NCBI GenBank assembly: GCA_963696955.1
Contig: CAVOMF010000002.1
Location: 354,044-418,043 of the forward strand
From: an uncultured Actinomycetes bacterium
GTDB lineage: Bacteria; Actinomycetota; Thermoleophilia; Solirubrobacterales; 70-9
Direction: 5' to 3'
Length of the DNA: 64,000 nucleotides
The stretch's first letter is position 1. Each line of letters begins with the position of its first letter. The translations under genes were made by a program, and so were the position numbers. Under the pieces are notes generated by a model that did not search any database, was not told where the DNA came from, and saw nothing but the letters and a program-made list of their open reading frames with translations. This document shows, piece by piece, positions 43,251-53,488 of the stretch.

Positions 43251-43604
43251 TTACGCGCTAAGTACTGCCTCTAGCTCCGCTAGTTGCGACTCGATTCCCG
43301 CGGTGACGCCGTCGCAGAGTTCGTGGACGCCGGGGTCGGCGATCCGGTAGAGGGAGCTGGTGCCGCGTTTGCGGCGGGCGACGAAGCCCTCGGCGTGGAG
43401 GGCCGAGAGGTGCTTGGAGACGTTCTGCTGGGAGCCCCCGAGCGTCTCGGTGATCTCCCCCACCGAGGCCTCGTCGTGGTTGCGTAGGTGGTCGAGGATT
43501 CGCAGCCGGGTCGGGTCGGCGAGGGCGCGAAAGCGCCTCGCGATCAGCTCCGCCGCCTCGGGGTTGAGGGGGCTCTGGGGCTTATTGCTTGCTCGGCTCG
43601 CCAT
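43251..43604 (-). CDS. ArsR/SmtB-family metalloregulator-like repressor
   Basis: FRALADPTRLRILDHLRNHDEASVGEITETLGGSQQNVSKHLSALHAEGFVARRK. Confidence 0.8.
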   Translation of the reverse strand: MASRASNKPQSPLNPEAAELIARRFRALADPTRLRILDHLRNHDEASVGEITETLGGSQQNVSKHLSALHAEGFVARRKRGTSSLYRIADPGVHELCDGVTAGIESQLAELEAVLSA

Positions 43605-43624
43605 TCCTTGTTATTCTACCATTT

Positions 43625-43640
43625 ACAACTGTTAAGTTGT
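43625..43640. promoter_or_regulatory. candidate ArsR operator in the AT-rich divergent promoter
   Basis: ACAACT-gtta-AGTTGT inverted repeat inside the only AT-rich stretch between the ArsR gene and the MMPL gene. Confidence 0.3.
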
Positions 43641-43672
43641 TAAGCTGTAAACGGGTAGATAGGAGAATACAA

Positions 43673-45913
43673 GTGACCGCCGACACCGTAGCGCCGAACT
43701 CACTGGGACCAATTGGGCGACTCGGGCGACTCGCCGCCACCCACCGCGGCGCCGTCTTCGCGATCTGGGCGCTGCTCGCGGTCGGCCTCGGTTTCCTCGC
43801 CCCGCGGGTGGAGACGGCGCTCTCCGGCGCCGGCTGGGAAGACACCGGCTCGGAGTCGGTCGCGGTCCGCCACCAGGTCGACCGCGCCTTCGGCGGCGGG
43901 GGCGCTTACGGCCTCCAGGTCGCCGTCCACTCAGATCGGCAGACCGTCTCCAGCCCCGCCTTCCAGCGTTCGTTGAGCGCGGTCGAGCGCGCGCTCGCTG
44001 CCGACCCGGCCGTCGGCCGCGTGGTCCCACCGCAGCCTCGGGTCTCGATCTCGCGCGATGGCCACACCGCCGTCGTCCGCGCCACCGCGGCTACCGACCC
44101 GAACGAGATGGTCGCCGCCGCCACCGACCTCAAGGACGAGGTCGCCGCAACGACGGCGCCCGGCGTCGAAGCCAACCTCACCGGCGCCGCCGGCATGTGG
44201 TCGGACTTCAACGAAGCGAACAAAGAGGCGATGCTGAAGTCCGAGCTCTTCTCCTGGCCGGTGACGTTGCTGATCCTCGTCCTCGCCTTCGGCTCGCTGG
44301 TCGCGGCCGGCCTGCCGCTGATGCTGACGATCACCGGCCTCGTCCTCTCCGCCGGCGTCCTCTACCTCGGCACCAAGCTCTCCCCGATCTCGATCTGGGC
44401 GATGAACTTCGCGCTGATGTTCGCGCTGGCGCTGGGCATCGACTACGCCCTCTTCGTCGTCATGCGCTTCCGCAACGCCCTCTTCGGTCAGAAGCTCTCC
44501 CCCGCTGAGGCGGTGGAGTCGACGATGGACACCGCCGGCAAGGCGGTGCTGTTCTCCGGCCTCACCGTGATCGTCTCGCTGGCGGCGGTAATGCTGATCC
44601 CCAGCCCCGCCTTCCGCTCGGTCGCGCTCGGGATCATGATCTCGGTCCTCTTCGTCCTCGGGGCGACCCTCACCCTGCTGCCGGCGGTGCTGGCCAAGCT
44701 CGGCCCGCGGATCGACAAGCTGGCGCTCCCCTGGGCGCACTCGGGCGAGCACCGCTCGCCACGCTTCGCCCGCTGGGGGGAGCTGCTCTGGCGGCGGCCG
44801 CTCCTCTTCGGCGGCCTCGGCCTGCTCGCCCTCATCCTCCTGGCGCTACCGGTGCTCGGCGCGCGCACGGGGATGCCTTCGATCAAGGTCGTGCCGCCGA
44901 GCGACCACTCGCGGGTCGGCTACGAGCAGCTGAGCGAAGCCTTCGGCCCGGGGGCACCGGGCTTGCTGCAGGTGACTGCACCCGCCGGTGAGGCGCGGCA
45001 GGTCGCCGCCCGCTTGCAGGCGGACGAAGGGATCGCGATGGCGTTGCCGCCGCAGAACGGTCGTGGTGGCTTGGCGCTGATCGAAGCGACGCCGACCGCG
45101 CCTCCCGCGACTACCGCCTTCAATTACACCGTCGACCGGCTCCGCACCGAGCTCCCCGCCGGCGCCCAGGTGGGCGGCCCGGCCGCCGAAAACCGCGACC
45201 TCGAGGCGGTGCTGGCGACGAAGACGCCGCTGGTCATCGGCGTCGTCCTCGCGCTCGGCTTCCTGCTCCTCCTGGTCGCCTTCCAGGCGCCGCTGGTCGC
45301 CGCCCTCGGGGTCCTCACCAACCTGCTCTCGACCGCCGCTGCCTTCGGCGTCGCCAAGCTGATCTTCCAGGACGGCAACCTGTCCGGCCTGCTCGGCTTC
45401 GAATCGCAGGGCTTCCTCGACGCCTGGGCGCCGGTCTTCTTCTTCGCGATGGTCTTCGCGATCGCGATGGACTACACCGTCTTCCTGCTCTCCTCGGCGC
45501 GCGAGCACTGGGAGCAGACGGGCGACGCCCGCGAGGCGATGGTCGGCGGCCTCGCCCACTCCGGCCGCGTCATCCTCGCCGCCGGCGGGGTCATGGTCGC
45601 GGTCTTCTTCACCTTCGCCCTCTCCGGCCCCCTGCCGCCGAAGGAAATGGGCGCGATCCTCGGCGTCGCCGTCCTCCTCGACGCTTTCCTCGTCCGCCTC
45701 CTGCTGGTGCCGGTGCTGCTGCGCCTGACCGGCAGCGCCGCCTGGTGGATCCCGGGCTGGCTGCGGCGAGTGCTGCCGCGGGTCAGCTTCGGTCACGGTG
45801 AGAGACTGGGCGGGTGCGAGTCCTCGCCATCGTCCACCAGCGAGACGCCGGCCCCGGCGTCTTCGCCGAGGCGATCCGCGACGCGGGCGGCGAGCTCGAC
45901 GAGTGGACGCTGA
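43673..45913 (+). CDS. MMPL-family RND-type transporter
   Basis: GTG 43673 lies 8 nt after TAGGAG. Two 6-TM bundles with large loops (MLKSELFSWPVTLLILVLAFGSLVAAGLPL...; IAMDYTVFLLSSAREH). The 3' end overlaps the next gene by 100 nt, so the true stop may be earlier. Confidence 0.8.
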   Translation: MTADTVAPNSLGPIGRLGRLAATHRGAVFAIWALLAVGLGFLAPRVETALSGAGWEDTGSESVAVRHQVDRAFGGGGAYGLQVAVHSDRQTVSSPAFQRSLSAVERALAADPAVGRVVPPQPRVSISRDGHTAVVRATAATDPNEMVAAATDLKDEVAATTAPGVEANLTGAAGMWSDFNEANKEAMLKSELFSWPVTLLILVLAFGSLVAAGLPLMLTITGLVLSAGVLYLGTKLSPISIWAMNFALMFALALGIDYALFVVMRFRNALFGQKLSPAEAVESTMDTAGKAVLFSGLTVIVSLAAVMLIPSPAFRSVALGIMISVLFVLGATLTLLPAVLAKLGPRIDKLALPWAHSGEHRSPRFARWGELLWRRPLLFGGLGLLALILLALPVLGARTGMPSIKVVPPSDHSRVGYEQLSEAFGPGAPGLLQVTAPAGEARQVAARLQADEGIAMALPPQNGRGGLALIEATPTAPPATTAFNYTVDRLRTELPAGAQVGGPAAENRDLEAVLATKTPLVIGVVLALGFLLLLVAFQAPLVAALGVLTNLLSTAAAFGVAKLIFQDGNLSGLLGFESQGFLDAWAPVFFFAMVFAIAMDYTVFLLSSAREHWEQTGDAREAMVGGLAHSGRVILAAGGVMVAVFFTFALSGPLPPKEMGAILGVAVLLDAFLVRLLLVPVLLRLTGSAAWWIPGWLRRVLPRVSFGHGERLGGCESSPSSTSETPAPASSPRRSATRAASSTSGR

Positions 45914-46527
45914 GCGAGCGGCCACAGCCGCCCGCCGACCCGCTCGGCTACGACGCGGTGCTGGTCCTCGGCGGGGCGATGAACGTCGACGAAGGCGAGC
46001 GGCACGGCTGGATCGCCGAGGAGGTGGCGCTGCTGCGGGAGCTGCTCGAGCGGGAGGTGCCGCTGATGGGCCTCTGCCTCGGCGGCCAGCTACTGACGCA
46101 GGCCGGCGGTGCCGAGCCGGCGCGCGCCTCGCGGCCGGAGATCGGCTGGCACCAGGTGGAGGTGACGGCGGAGGGCGAGGACGACCCGCTGCTCGGTCCC
46201 CTCGCCCCCGCCTTCGAGACCTTCCAGTGGCACAGTTACGAGTTCCCGCTACCGGCCGGCGCCATCCCCCTCGCCCGCAGCGAGGTCTGCTGCCAGGGCG
46301 CCCGCCTCGGCGAGCGCGCCTACGCGCTCCAGTTCCACCCCGAGGTAAGCCGCGCCGACGCCCTCCACTGGGTCGACGACTACGAGGCCGACCCTGACGC
46401 CGTCCGCATCGGCATCGACCCGGCGGTCCTCGGCCCGGAGACCGAAGCGAAGATCGGCGCCTTCAATGAGCTGGGCCGGCAACTCTGCCGCCGCTGGCTG
46501 GAGCTCAATCCACCTGGGCCGGGGTGA
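45814..46527 (+). CDS. class I glutamine amidotransferase-like protein
   Basis: PLMGLCLGGQLL (nucleophile Cys) and ALQFHPE (His/Glu). Confidence 0.8.
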   Translation: MRVLAIVHQRDAGPGVFAEAIRDAGGELDEWTLSERPQPPADPLGYDAVLVLGGAMNVDEGERHGWIAEEVALLRELLEREVPLMGLCLGGQLLTQAGGAEPARASRPEIGWHQVEVTAEGEDDPLLGPLAPAFETFQWHSYEFPLPAGAIPLARSEVCCQGARLGERAYALQFHPEVSRADALHWVDDYEADPDAVRIGIDPAVLGPETEAKIGAFNELGRQLCRRWLELNPPGPG

Positions 46528-47257
46528 GGTAGGCGGCGGAGAGGCCGCCGTCGACGAGGAAGGTGCTGGCGGTGACGAAGGTGGAGTCGTCGCTGGCGAG
46601 GAAGAGGGCGGCTTTGGCGATCTCCTCGGGCTCGCCGAAGCGGCCCATCGGGATGTGGACGAGGCGCTTGGCGGCACGGTCGGGGTCCTTGGCGAAGAGC
46701 TCTTTGAGCAGCGGCGTGTTGACCGGGCCCGGGCAGAGGGCGTTGACGCGGACGCCGCGGTCGGCGAACTCGACGCCGAGCTCGCGCGAGAGGGCGAGGA
46801 CGCCGCCCTTGGAGGCGGTGTAGGAGATCTGCGAGACGGCGGCGCCCATCGTCGCGACGAAGGAGGCGACGTTGATCACCGAGCCGCCGCCGGCCTCGAG
46901 CAGGTGCGGGATGCCGTGCTTGCAGCAGAGGAAGACGCTGCGGAGGTTGACGTCCTGGACCCGCTGCCAGGAGTCAAGGCTGGTCTCCAGCACCGAGCCG
47001 TCGTCGGTCGGGTTGATGCCGGCGTTGTTCATCAGCACGTCGATGCGGCCGAACTCAGCCTCGACCCGCCGGAAGGCTTCGACAACCTGGCCCTCGTCGG
47101 AGACGTCGGCCTCGATCGTCAGGTCCCCCTCAGCCTCGGTGGAGAGGTCGACTCCGACGACCGTCGCCCCCTCGGCCGCGAACAACCGCGCCGACTCGGC
47201 ACCGATCCCGCTCGCCGTCCCGGTGACGACGCAGACCTTGCCGTCGAGTCTCGCCAT
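46505..47257 (-). CDS. SDR-family oxidoreductase
   Basis: KVCVVTGTASGIGAE (TGxxxGxG), NNAG, YTASKGG (YxxxK). Start at MARLDGK; the rest of the 518-aa track ORF is read-through antisense junk. Confidence 0.85.
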   Translation of the reverse strand: MARLDGKVCVVTGTASGIGAESARLFAAEGATVVGVDLSTEAEGDLTIEADVSDEGQVVEAFRRVEAEFGRIDVLMNNAGINPTDDGSVLETSLDSWQRVQDVNLRSVFLCCKHGIPHLLEAGGGSVINVASFVATMGAAVSQISYTASKGGVLALSRELGVEFADRGVRVNALCPGPVNTPLLKELFAKDPDRAAKRLVHIPMGRFGEPEEIAKAALFLASDDSTFVTASTFLVDGGLSAAYLTPAQVD

Positions 47258-47259
47258 GC

Positions 47260-48627
47260 TCAGTCTCCCTCGGTTGCGTAGTAGACGTTCTTGACGTCCG
47301 TGTAGTGCTCGAGCGCGTCGGGCCCGAGCTCGCGGCCGACCCCGGACTGCTTGAAGCCGCCGAAGGGGGTGGAGACGCGGACCGAGGTGTTCGAGTTGAT
47401 CGAGATCACGCCGGTGTCGATCGCCCGCGCCATCCGCAGTGCCCGCGCGCCGTCCCGCGTCCAGACTGAGCCCGAGAGACCGTAGATCGTCTCGTTGGCG
47501 AGGCGGATCGCATCGGACTCGGAGTCGAAGGGGATGACGCAGGCGACCGGTCCGAAGATCTCCTCGGCGGCGGCGCGATCGTGGTTCGAGACCGGCGCCA
47601 AGACAGTCGGCGGGAACCAGTACCCGGGACCGTCGGGAGCGCTGCCGCGGATCGCCACCGGGGCATCGTCGGGGACGTAGGAGGCGACGGCGTCGCGCTG
47701 GCCGGCGGAGATCAGCGGCCCCATCTGCGTGGACTCCGCCAGCGGGTCGCCGACCGCGATGCCCTCGACCGCCGGCTGCAGGGCAGCGAGGAAGTCGTCG
47801 AGAGCCGGTTGCTCGACGAGGATCCGCGAGCGGGCGCAACAGTCTTGGCCGGCGTTGCCGAAAACCGCCATCGGCGCTGCTGCCGCAGCCGCCTCGATGT
47901 CCGCGTCGGCGAAGACGACGTTGGCGGACTTGCCGCCCAGCTCCAGGGTCACCCGCTTGATCGTCTGTGCGGCGCCGGCGGCGATCCCGCGGCCGACCTC
48001 GGTCGAGCCGGTGAAGGCGATCTTGGCGACGTCGGGGTGTTCGACGAGGCGTTTCCCGCAAACGCTGCCCGGGCCGGCGACGACGTTCAGCACTCCCTCC
48101 GGAATGCCGGCGTCGAGCGCAAGCACCTCGAGCTCCAGCGCGGTCAGCGGCGTCAGCTCCGCCGGCTTCAAGACGACACAGTTGCCGGCGGCGAGCGCCG
48201 GCGCCACCTTCCAGGAGGCGATCGTCAGCGGGAAGTTCCAGGGGACGATCAGGCCGACCACCCCGAGCGGCTCGCGGAAGGTCATGTCGATGCCGCCGGC
48301 GACGGGGATCGTCTGCCCGAGCAGCCGCTCCGGCGCCCCGGCGTAGTAGCGGAAGGTCTCGACGACCATCCCGATCTCCCCCCGGGCGTCGCCGATCGGC
48401 TTGCCGGCGTTCCGCGCCTCCAGCTGCGCGAGGTCATCCTGCCGCGCCTCGATCGCCTCGGCGAGGTCGCGAAGCAGCTTCGCCCGATCGGCCGGCGCCA
48501 CCGCCCGCCAGGCCGGGAAGGCGGCCTTAGCCCGCGCCACCGCCGCATCGGTCTCCTCGATCCCGGCGCGCGGAACCTCGGCCATCACCTGCTCGGTCGC
48601 CGGCTCGATCACCTCGATCGCGCTCAC
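47260..48627 (-). CDS. NAD-dependent aldehyde dehydrogenase (gamma-glutamyl-aminoaldehyde dehydrogenase-like)
   Basis: 455-aa ALDH. FTGSTEVG, ELGGKSA, GQDCCA catalytic Cys. Confidence 0.8.
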   Translation of the reverse strand: MSAIEVIEPATEQVMAEVPRAGIEETDAAVARAKAAFPAWRAVAPADRAKLLRDLAEAIEARQDDLAQLEARNAGKPIGDARGEIGMVVETFRYYAGAPERLLGQTIPVAGGIDMTFREPLGVVGLIVPWNFPLTIASWKVAPALAAGNCVVLKPAELTPLTALELEVLALDAGIPEGVLNVVAGPGSVCGKRLVEHPDVAKIAFTGSTEVGRGIAAGAAQTIKRVTLELGGKSANVVFADADIEAAAAAAPMAVFGNAGQDCCARSRILVEQPALDDFLAALQPAVEGIAVGDPLAESTQMGPLISAGQRDAVASYVPDDAPVAIRGSAPDGPGYWFPPTVLAPVSNHDRAAAEEIFGPVACVIPFDSESDAIRLANETIYGLSGSVWTRDGARALRMARAIDTGVISINSNTSVRVSTPFGGFKQSGVGRELGPDALEHYTDVKNVYYATEGD

Positions 48628-49499
48628 GACGGGCCGCCTTGTCCACTTCGAGCCGCCGACGGGACGAAGTGACTGCCCTGTTTGGACCTATCGGCCCGTC
48701 GGCCGGTGGGGGTGGGCATTTCGGCCCGTCGGCCAGCTGCCGCGTCCACGAGGGCGCTGATCACCTTGGAACTCTCGTCCTCCTCGGGGTGCCAGACGAC
48801 GCCGAGGGCGAAGTGCTTGCCGGGGAGCTCGATCGCCTCGGGGAGGTCGTCCTCGGCTGACCATCCCGTCACCCTCAGCCCGTCGCCGAGGCGGTCGACG
48901 CCCTGGTGATGGTGGGACCAGACGACGAAGCTCTCGACGCCTGCCGCGGTACAGGCGAGCGAGTCGGCATCGAGGCGGATGTGGTGCTTGCTGAAGGTCC
49001 CGGCCACCGTCCGGTGCGCCTCCGAGCCCAGCATCTCCGGCAGGTGCTGGACCAAGGTCCCGCCCAGCGCCACGTTCAGCACCTGCATGCCGCGACAGAT
49101 CCCCAGCACCGGCATGTCCCGCTCCAGCGCCCGCCGCGCCAGGGCAAGCTCAAAGGCGTCGCGGTCGGGCCAGGTGCCCTTCGTCTCCGGGTGCGGCTCG
49201 GCGCCGTAGCTCGCCGGATCGACGTCGGCACCACCGGCCAGCATCAGCGCGTCGATGCGGTCGAGCAGGATGTCGGGATCCTCGACGGCGGCCTCGTCGG
49301 GCGGCAGCACGATCGCGATTCCCCCCGCCCGCTGCACGGCGTTGACGTACCCCCGCGGCGCCAGCGTCACTTCGTAGCCGTCCCAGACCCCCCAGCTGAC
49401 CCGCTCGATCGCGGCGCAGATCCCGATCGCCGCTCGTCTGTTCCTTTTCGTTGCTATACCCCGATAAGGAACAGACGAATGGGGGTCCCCTTCGCTCAT
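48624..49499 (-). CDS. gamma-glutamyl-gamma-aminobutyrate hydrolase-like peptidase C26 (PuuD family)
   Basis: MPVLGICRGMQVLNVALGG (Cys nucleophile), GVVWHPE. Confidence 0.8.
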   Translation of the reverse strand: MSEGDPHSSVPYRGIATKRNRRAAIGICAAIERVSWGVWDGYEVTLAPRGYVNAVQRAGGIAIVLPPDEAAVEDPDILLDRIDALMLAGGADVDPASYGAEPHPETKGTWPDRDAFELALARRALERDMPVLGICRGMQVLNVALGGTLVQHLPEMLGSEAHRTVAGTFSKHHIRLDADSLACTAAGVESFVVWSHHHQGVDRLGDGLRVTGWSAEDDLPEAIELPGKHFALGVVWHPEEDESSKVISALVDAAAGRRAEMPTPTGRRADRSKQGSHFVPSAARSGQGGPS

Positions 49500-50824
49500 A
49501 GCCGCTCGAAGCCCCGGTAGCGCTCCCAGTCGGTGACGGCCGCCTCGAAGGCCTCGATCTCGACCCCGGCCCGGTTCAGGTAGTGGTCGACGACCTCCTC
49601 GCCGAAGGCCTCCTTCGCGACCGCGCTGGCGGCGAAGGCGTCGCGCGCCTCGTAGATGTTCGACGGCACCCGCGGCTTGTCGGACTCATACGCGTTGCCC
49701 TCGAAGGCCTCCTCCAGCGGCAGCTCCGTGTCGATCCCGTGCAGGCCGGCGGCGATCATCGCGCTCAGCGCCAGGTAGGGATTGACGTCGGCGCCCGGCA
49801 GCCGGTTCTCCACCCGCAGCCCCTCGCCGTGGCCGACCACCCGCAGCGAGCAGGTGCGGTTGTCCCGTCCCCAGGCGATCGCGGTCGGGGCGAAGGAGCC
49901 CTTGGCGAAGCGCTTGTAGCTGTTGACGTGCGGCGCGTACATCAGCGTCAGCTCCCGCATGCAGGCGAGCTGGCCGGCGACGAAGTGCTCGAACATCTCC
50001 TCGTCGGCAGCGAAGGCGTTGGAGTCGTCGGCCCGCGCCAGCGAGCAGTGGATGTGGCACGAGTTCCCCTCGCGCTCGTTGAACTTCGCCATGAAGGTGA
50101 TCGCGTGCCCCTCCTGGGCGGCGATCTCCTTAGCGCCGTTCTTGTAGATCGCGTGGTTGTCGGCGCTCCGCAGGGCGCCCTCATAGCGGAAGTTGATCTC
50201 GTGCTGGCCGAGGTTGCACTCGCCCTTCGAGTTCTCCACCTCCATCCCCGCCCCGGCCATCTCGTTGCGGATGCGGCGGATCAGCGGCTCCACCCGCGAG
50301 GTCCCCAGCAGCGAGTAGTCGATGTTGTAGAGGTTGGCCGGCTCGAGCTCGTGGAAGCCCTTCCGCCAAGCCTCCTCGTAGGTGTTGCGGAAGACGATGA
50401 ACTCGAGCTCGGTCGCGGCCTTGGCGGTCACCCCACGCTCCGCCAGCCGGACCAGCTGCCGGCGCAGGATCTGCCGCGGCGAGGCGGCGACTTCGCGGCC
50501 ATCTGACCACTGCACGTCGGCCATCACCATCGCCGTCCCCGGCAGCCACGGCACCAGCCGCAGCGTCTCGATGTCCGGGACCATCTCGAAGTCGCCGTAG
50601 CCGGTGTCCCAGGAGGACATCGCGTAGCCGCCGACCGTTTCCATGTCGACGTCGACGGCGAGCAGGTAGTTGCAGCCCTCCGCCCCATGCTCGAGCACGT
50701 CGCCGAGGAAGTGGCTCGCGGTCAGCCGCTTGCCCTGCAGCCGCCCCTCCATGTCGGCGATCGCGAGCAGCACGGTGTCGACCGTGCCGTCCGCGACCGC
50801 CTCTTTCAGCTCCTCGACGGTCAC
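49496..50824 (-). CDS. glutamine synthetase family protein (gamma-glutamyl-amine synthetase, PuuA/GlnA3-4-like)
   Basis: 442-aa GS-type catalytic domain (NSCHIHCSL, WGRDNRTCSLRV). Confidence 0.8.
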   Translation of the reverse strand: MTVEELKEAVADGTVDTVLLAIADMEGRLQGKRLTASHFLGDVLEHGAEGCNYLLAVDVDMETVGGYAMSSWDTGYGDFEMVPDIETLRLVPWLPGTAMVMADVQWSDGREVAASPRQILRRQLVRLAERGVTAKAATELEFIVFRNTYEEAWRKGFHELEPANLYNIDYSLLGTSRVEPLIRRIRNEMAGAGMEVENSKGECNLGQHEINFRYEGALRSADNHAIYKNGAKEIAAQEGHAITFMAKFNEREGNSCHIHCSLARADDSNAFAADEEMFEHFVAGQLACMRELTLMYAPHVNSYKRFAKGSFAPTAIAWGRDNRTCSLRVVGHGEGLRVENRLPGADVNPYLALSAMIAAGLHGIDTELPLEEAFEGNAYESDKPRVPSNIYEARDAFAASAVAKEAFGEEVVDHYLNRAGVEIEAFEAAVTDWERYRGFERL

Positions 50825-50848
50825 CCGCGGAACGTTACGCCGACGCGG

Positions 50849-52441
50849 TCACGGGCGGGCCGGGCCGACCTCGGGTTCGGGCCCGATCGCTTCCTCGATC
50901 TCGATCTCCCGCACCTGCCCGGTGAAGTGCTTGCGGGCGGTCGTCATCCACCCGATCCAGGCCAGGAGGATCACCACACCCACCGTCAGCGGCGCGTAGT
51001 TGAACGACTCCCAGGTGAATTCGTCATTCCAGGGAACCGCGAGCGGGGTGAACGGGAGGCAGAAGATGATCGTGATCAGACCGACCCAGAAGGTCGCAAA
51101 CGCGTTCATCCACCTGTACTTGCGACCGTTGTTCCAGGGGCCGGGCTCGAAGTCGTCGCCCATCCGCCAGCGCAGGAAGATCGGGATCACGTAGGCGATG
51201 TAGAGGCCGATGACGGTGATCGAGACGACCGCGAAGAAGGCGAAGGGCACGTTTTCGCCGTTCCCCTTCAGCGCCGGCAGGGTGATGATCAGAGCCGCGG
51301 CGGCCATCACCAGCACGGCGTAGATCGGTACCCGCTCGGCGTTGACCCGGGAGATCCAGCCGGAGGCCCGGTGGCCGAAGCCTTTGTCGCGGGAGAAGGC
51401 GTAACACATGCGCGAGGCGCTGGTCAGGCAGGCAGCACCGCAGAAGAGCTGGCCGACCACCGAGATGATGAGGACGAACTTGCCCCAGCCGGAGCCGAGC
51501 GCTTCGACCAGCAGCGTCGGCGCGAAGCCGAGCGCTTCGTTGGCGCCGTCGACGTTGGTGACGGCGAAGGTGATCGCCAGCAACACGATCCAGCCGATCA
51601 GCGCCGAGTAGAAGATCGACTTCCAGACTCCCTTCGCCGCCGATTCGGAGGCGCCGTGGGTCTCCTCGGAGATGTGGGCCGAGGCGTCGAAGCCGGTGAT
51701 CGTGTACTGGGTCAGCAGGAAGCCGAGCGGCAGCACGTAGAACCAGTACATGCCTTCGCTGAAGCCGCTGTTGTTGATCCGGTGGCTGAAGACGAAGCTG
51801 AAGCTCTGGTGGCCGTCGGGGACGACGATCAGGACGACGACGATCGCGGCGACGCCGATCACGTGCCACCAGACCGAGACGCTGTTGACTAGCGAGAGCA
51901 TGTGCGTTCGCCTGATGTTCACCGCCGTGTGGACCAGCAGGATCAGCGCGAAGAGGAGGAAGACCTCGCTGAGGATGTGGGCTTCGTCGCCGAAGTTGAC
52001 CCCGAGCAGGTTCACTTCGTAGAGGCCGAGGACGACGTTGAGGAAGGTCGCGCAGGCGTAGTCGACCGAGGCGACCACGGCGACCAGGCCGATCAGGTTG
52101 AACCAGCCGGTGAACCAGGCCCAGATCGGGCCGCCGAGGCGTCCCGCCCACCAGTAGATCCCGCCCGCGGTCGGGTAGGCGGAGACCAGCTCCGACATGC
52201 AGAAGCCGATGATCAGGATCGGGATCGAGATCAGCGGCCAGCCGATCGAGATCGCGATCGGGCCGCCGTTATTCCAGGCCTGGCCATAGGTGGTGAAGCA
52301 GCCGGCCAGGATCGAGATGATCGTGAACGAGATCGCGAAGTTGGAGAACCCACTCCAAGCTCGGTTCAGCGTCTGTTTGTAGCCGAGCTCAGCCAGCCTC
52401 TGTTCGTCATGGCTGGGGGACGAAACGTTGCTCTCCATCAA
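50849..52441 (-). CDS. APC-superfamily amino acid/amine permease
   Basis: 530 aa, 12 or more TM segments. SELVSAYPTAGGIYWWA signature. Confidence 0.85.
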   Translation of the reverse strand: MMESNVSSPSHDEQRLAELGYKQTLNRAWSGFSNFAISFTIISILAGCFTTYGQAWNNGGPIAISIGWPLISIPILIIGFCMSELVSAYPTAGGIYWWAGRLGGPIWAWFTGWFNLIGLVAVVASVDYACATFLNVVLGLYEVNLLGVNFGDEAHILSEVFLLFALILLVHTAVNIRRTHMLSLVNSVSVWWHVIGVAAIVVVLIVVPDGHQSFSFVFSHRINNSGFSEGMYWFYVLPLGFLLTQYTITGFDASAHISEETHGASESAAKGVWKSIFYSALIGWIVLLAITFAVTNVDGANEALGFAPTLLVEALGSGWGKFVLIISVVGQLFCGAACLTSASRMCYAFSRDKGFGHRASGWISRVNAERVPIYAVLVMAAAALIITLPALKGNGENVPFAFFAVVSITVIGLYIAYVIPIFLRWRMGDDFEPGPWNNGRKYRWMNAFATFWVGLITIIFCLPFTPLAVPWNDEFTWESFNYAPLTVGVVILLAWIGWMTTARKHFTGQVREIEIEEAIGPEPEVGPARP

Positions 52442-52543
52442 CCCTCTCCCTTCCTGAGCCTTCCCAAGCTCCGGATTAAAAGGTTCAATAAACCGACCTA
52501 TAAGGTTCGGAGGCGAGCCTAGAACCGCCCTTGACCCGTGTCA

Positions 52544-53488
52544 ATGGCGGTGGAGAATCTTCTTCAAGCCGTGGCCTCCCTCGCCGACACCCTCGGACCG
52601 ATCTCCGCCCGCCTCGGCGAGCTGGAAGGGGAGCCGCTGCCGCTGGAGGGCGGGATCACCAACCGCAACTACCGCGTGCGGTTCGCTGGGGAGGATGTCG
52701 TCGTGCGGCTGCCGGGCAAGGACACCGGCCTGTTGGAGATCGACCGCGCGGCGGAGAAGGCGGCGGGGGATCTGGCGGCGGCGGTCGGGGTCGGGCCGGC
52801 GGTGGTGGCGATGCTCGAGGACCCGCCCTGCCTCGTCACCGAGTTCGTCGTCGGCGAGCCGATGAGCGCCGAGGAGCTGCGCGAGCCCGGCGCCCTCGCT
52901 GAAGCCGCCGCGGCGCTGCGGGCGCTGCACGGCTGCGAGGAGCGCCTCCCCGGCGTCTTCTCGAGCTTCCGCATCGTCGAGACCTACGCGGCGCGGATGG
53001 CCGACCGCGGCGCCGAGGTCCCGAGCTCCTATGAGTGGGCAATGGGAGCGGCGCACCGGATAGAAGCGACACTGGTCGGCCCCGAGCACGAGCCGGTCCC
53101 CTGCCACAACGACCTCCTCTCCGCCAACTTCATCCGCTCGCCGCAGGGGCTGCGGATCATCGACTGGGAGTACGCCGGGATGGGCGACCGCTATTTCGAC
53201 CTCGGCAACTTCGCCGTCAACAACGAGCTCGACGAGGGCCAGGAGTGGAACCTGCTCGGGGCCTACTTCGAGTCGCCGGCGAGCGAGGCACGACTTGCCT
53301 CGCTGCGACTGATGCGCTTCATGTCCGACTTCCGCGAGGCGATGTGGGGGGCGCTGCAGAGCACGATCTCCGAGATCGACTTCGACTTCCACGACTACTG
53401 CGCCAAGCACTTCGAGCGCATGCGCGCCTCGGCGGCCGACGGTCGCCTCGAGCGGCTGCTGGAGGAAGCCGGCGGTGCCGCGGGCTGA
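52544..53488 (+). CDS. choline/ethanolamine-kinase-like phosphotransferase (APH fold)
   Basis: GGITNRNYRV, PCHNDLLSANF (catalytic HxDxxxxN), IIDWEYAG. Confidence 0.75.
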   Translation: MAVENLLQAVASLADTLGPISARLGELEGEPLPLEGGITNRNYRVRFAGEDVVVRLPGKDTGLLEIDRAAEKAAGDLAAAVGVGPAVVAMLEDPPCLVTEFVVGEPMSAEELREPGALAEAAAALRALHGCEERLPGVFSSFRIVETYAARMADRGAEVPSSYEWAMGAAHRIEATLVGPEHEPVPCHNDLLSANFIRSPQGLRIIDWEYAGMGDRYFDLGNFAVNNELDEGQEWNLLGAYFESPASEARLASLRLMRFMSDFREAMWGALQSTISEIDFDFHDYCAKHFERMRASAADGRLERLLEEAGGAAG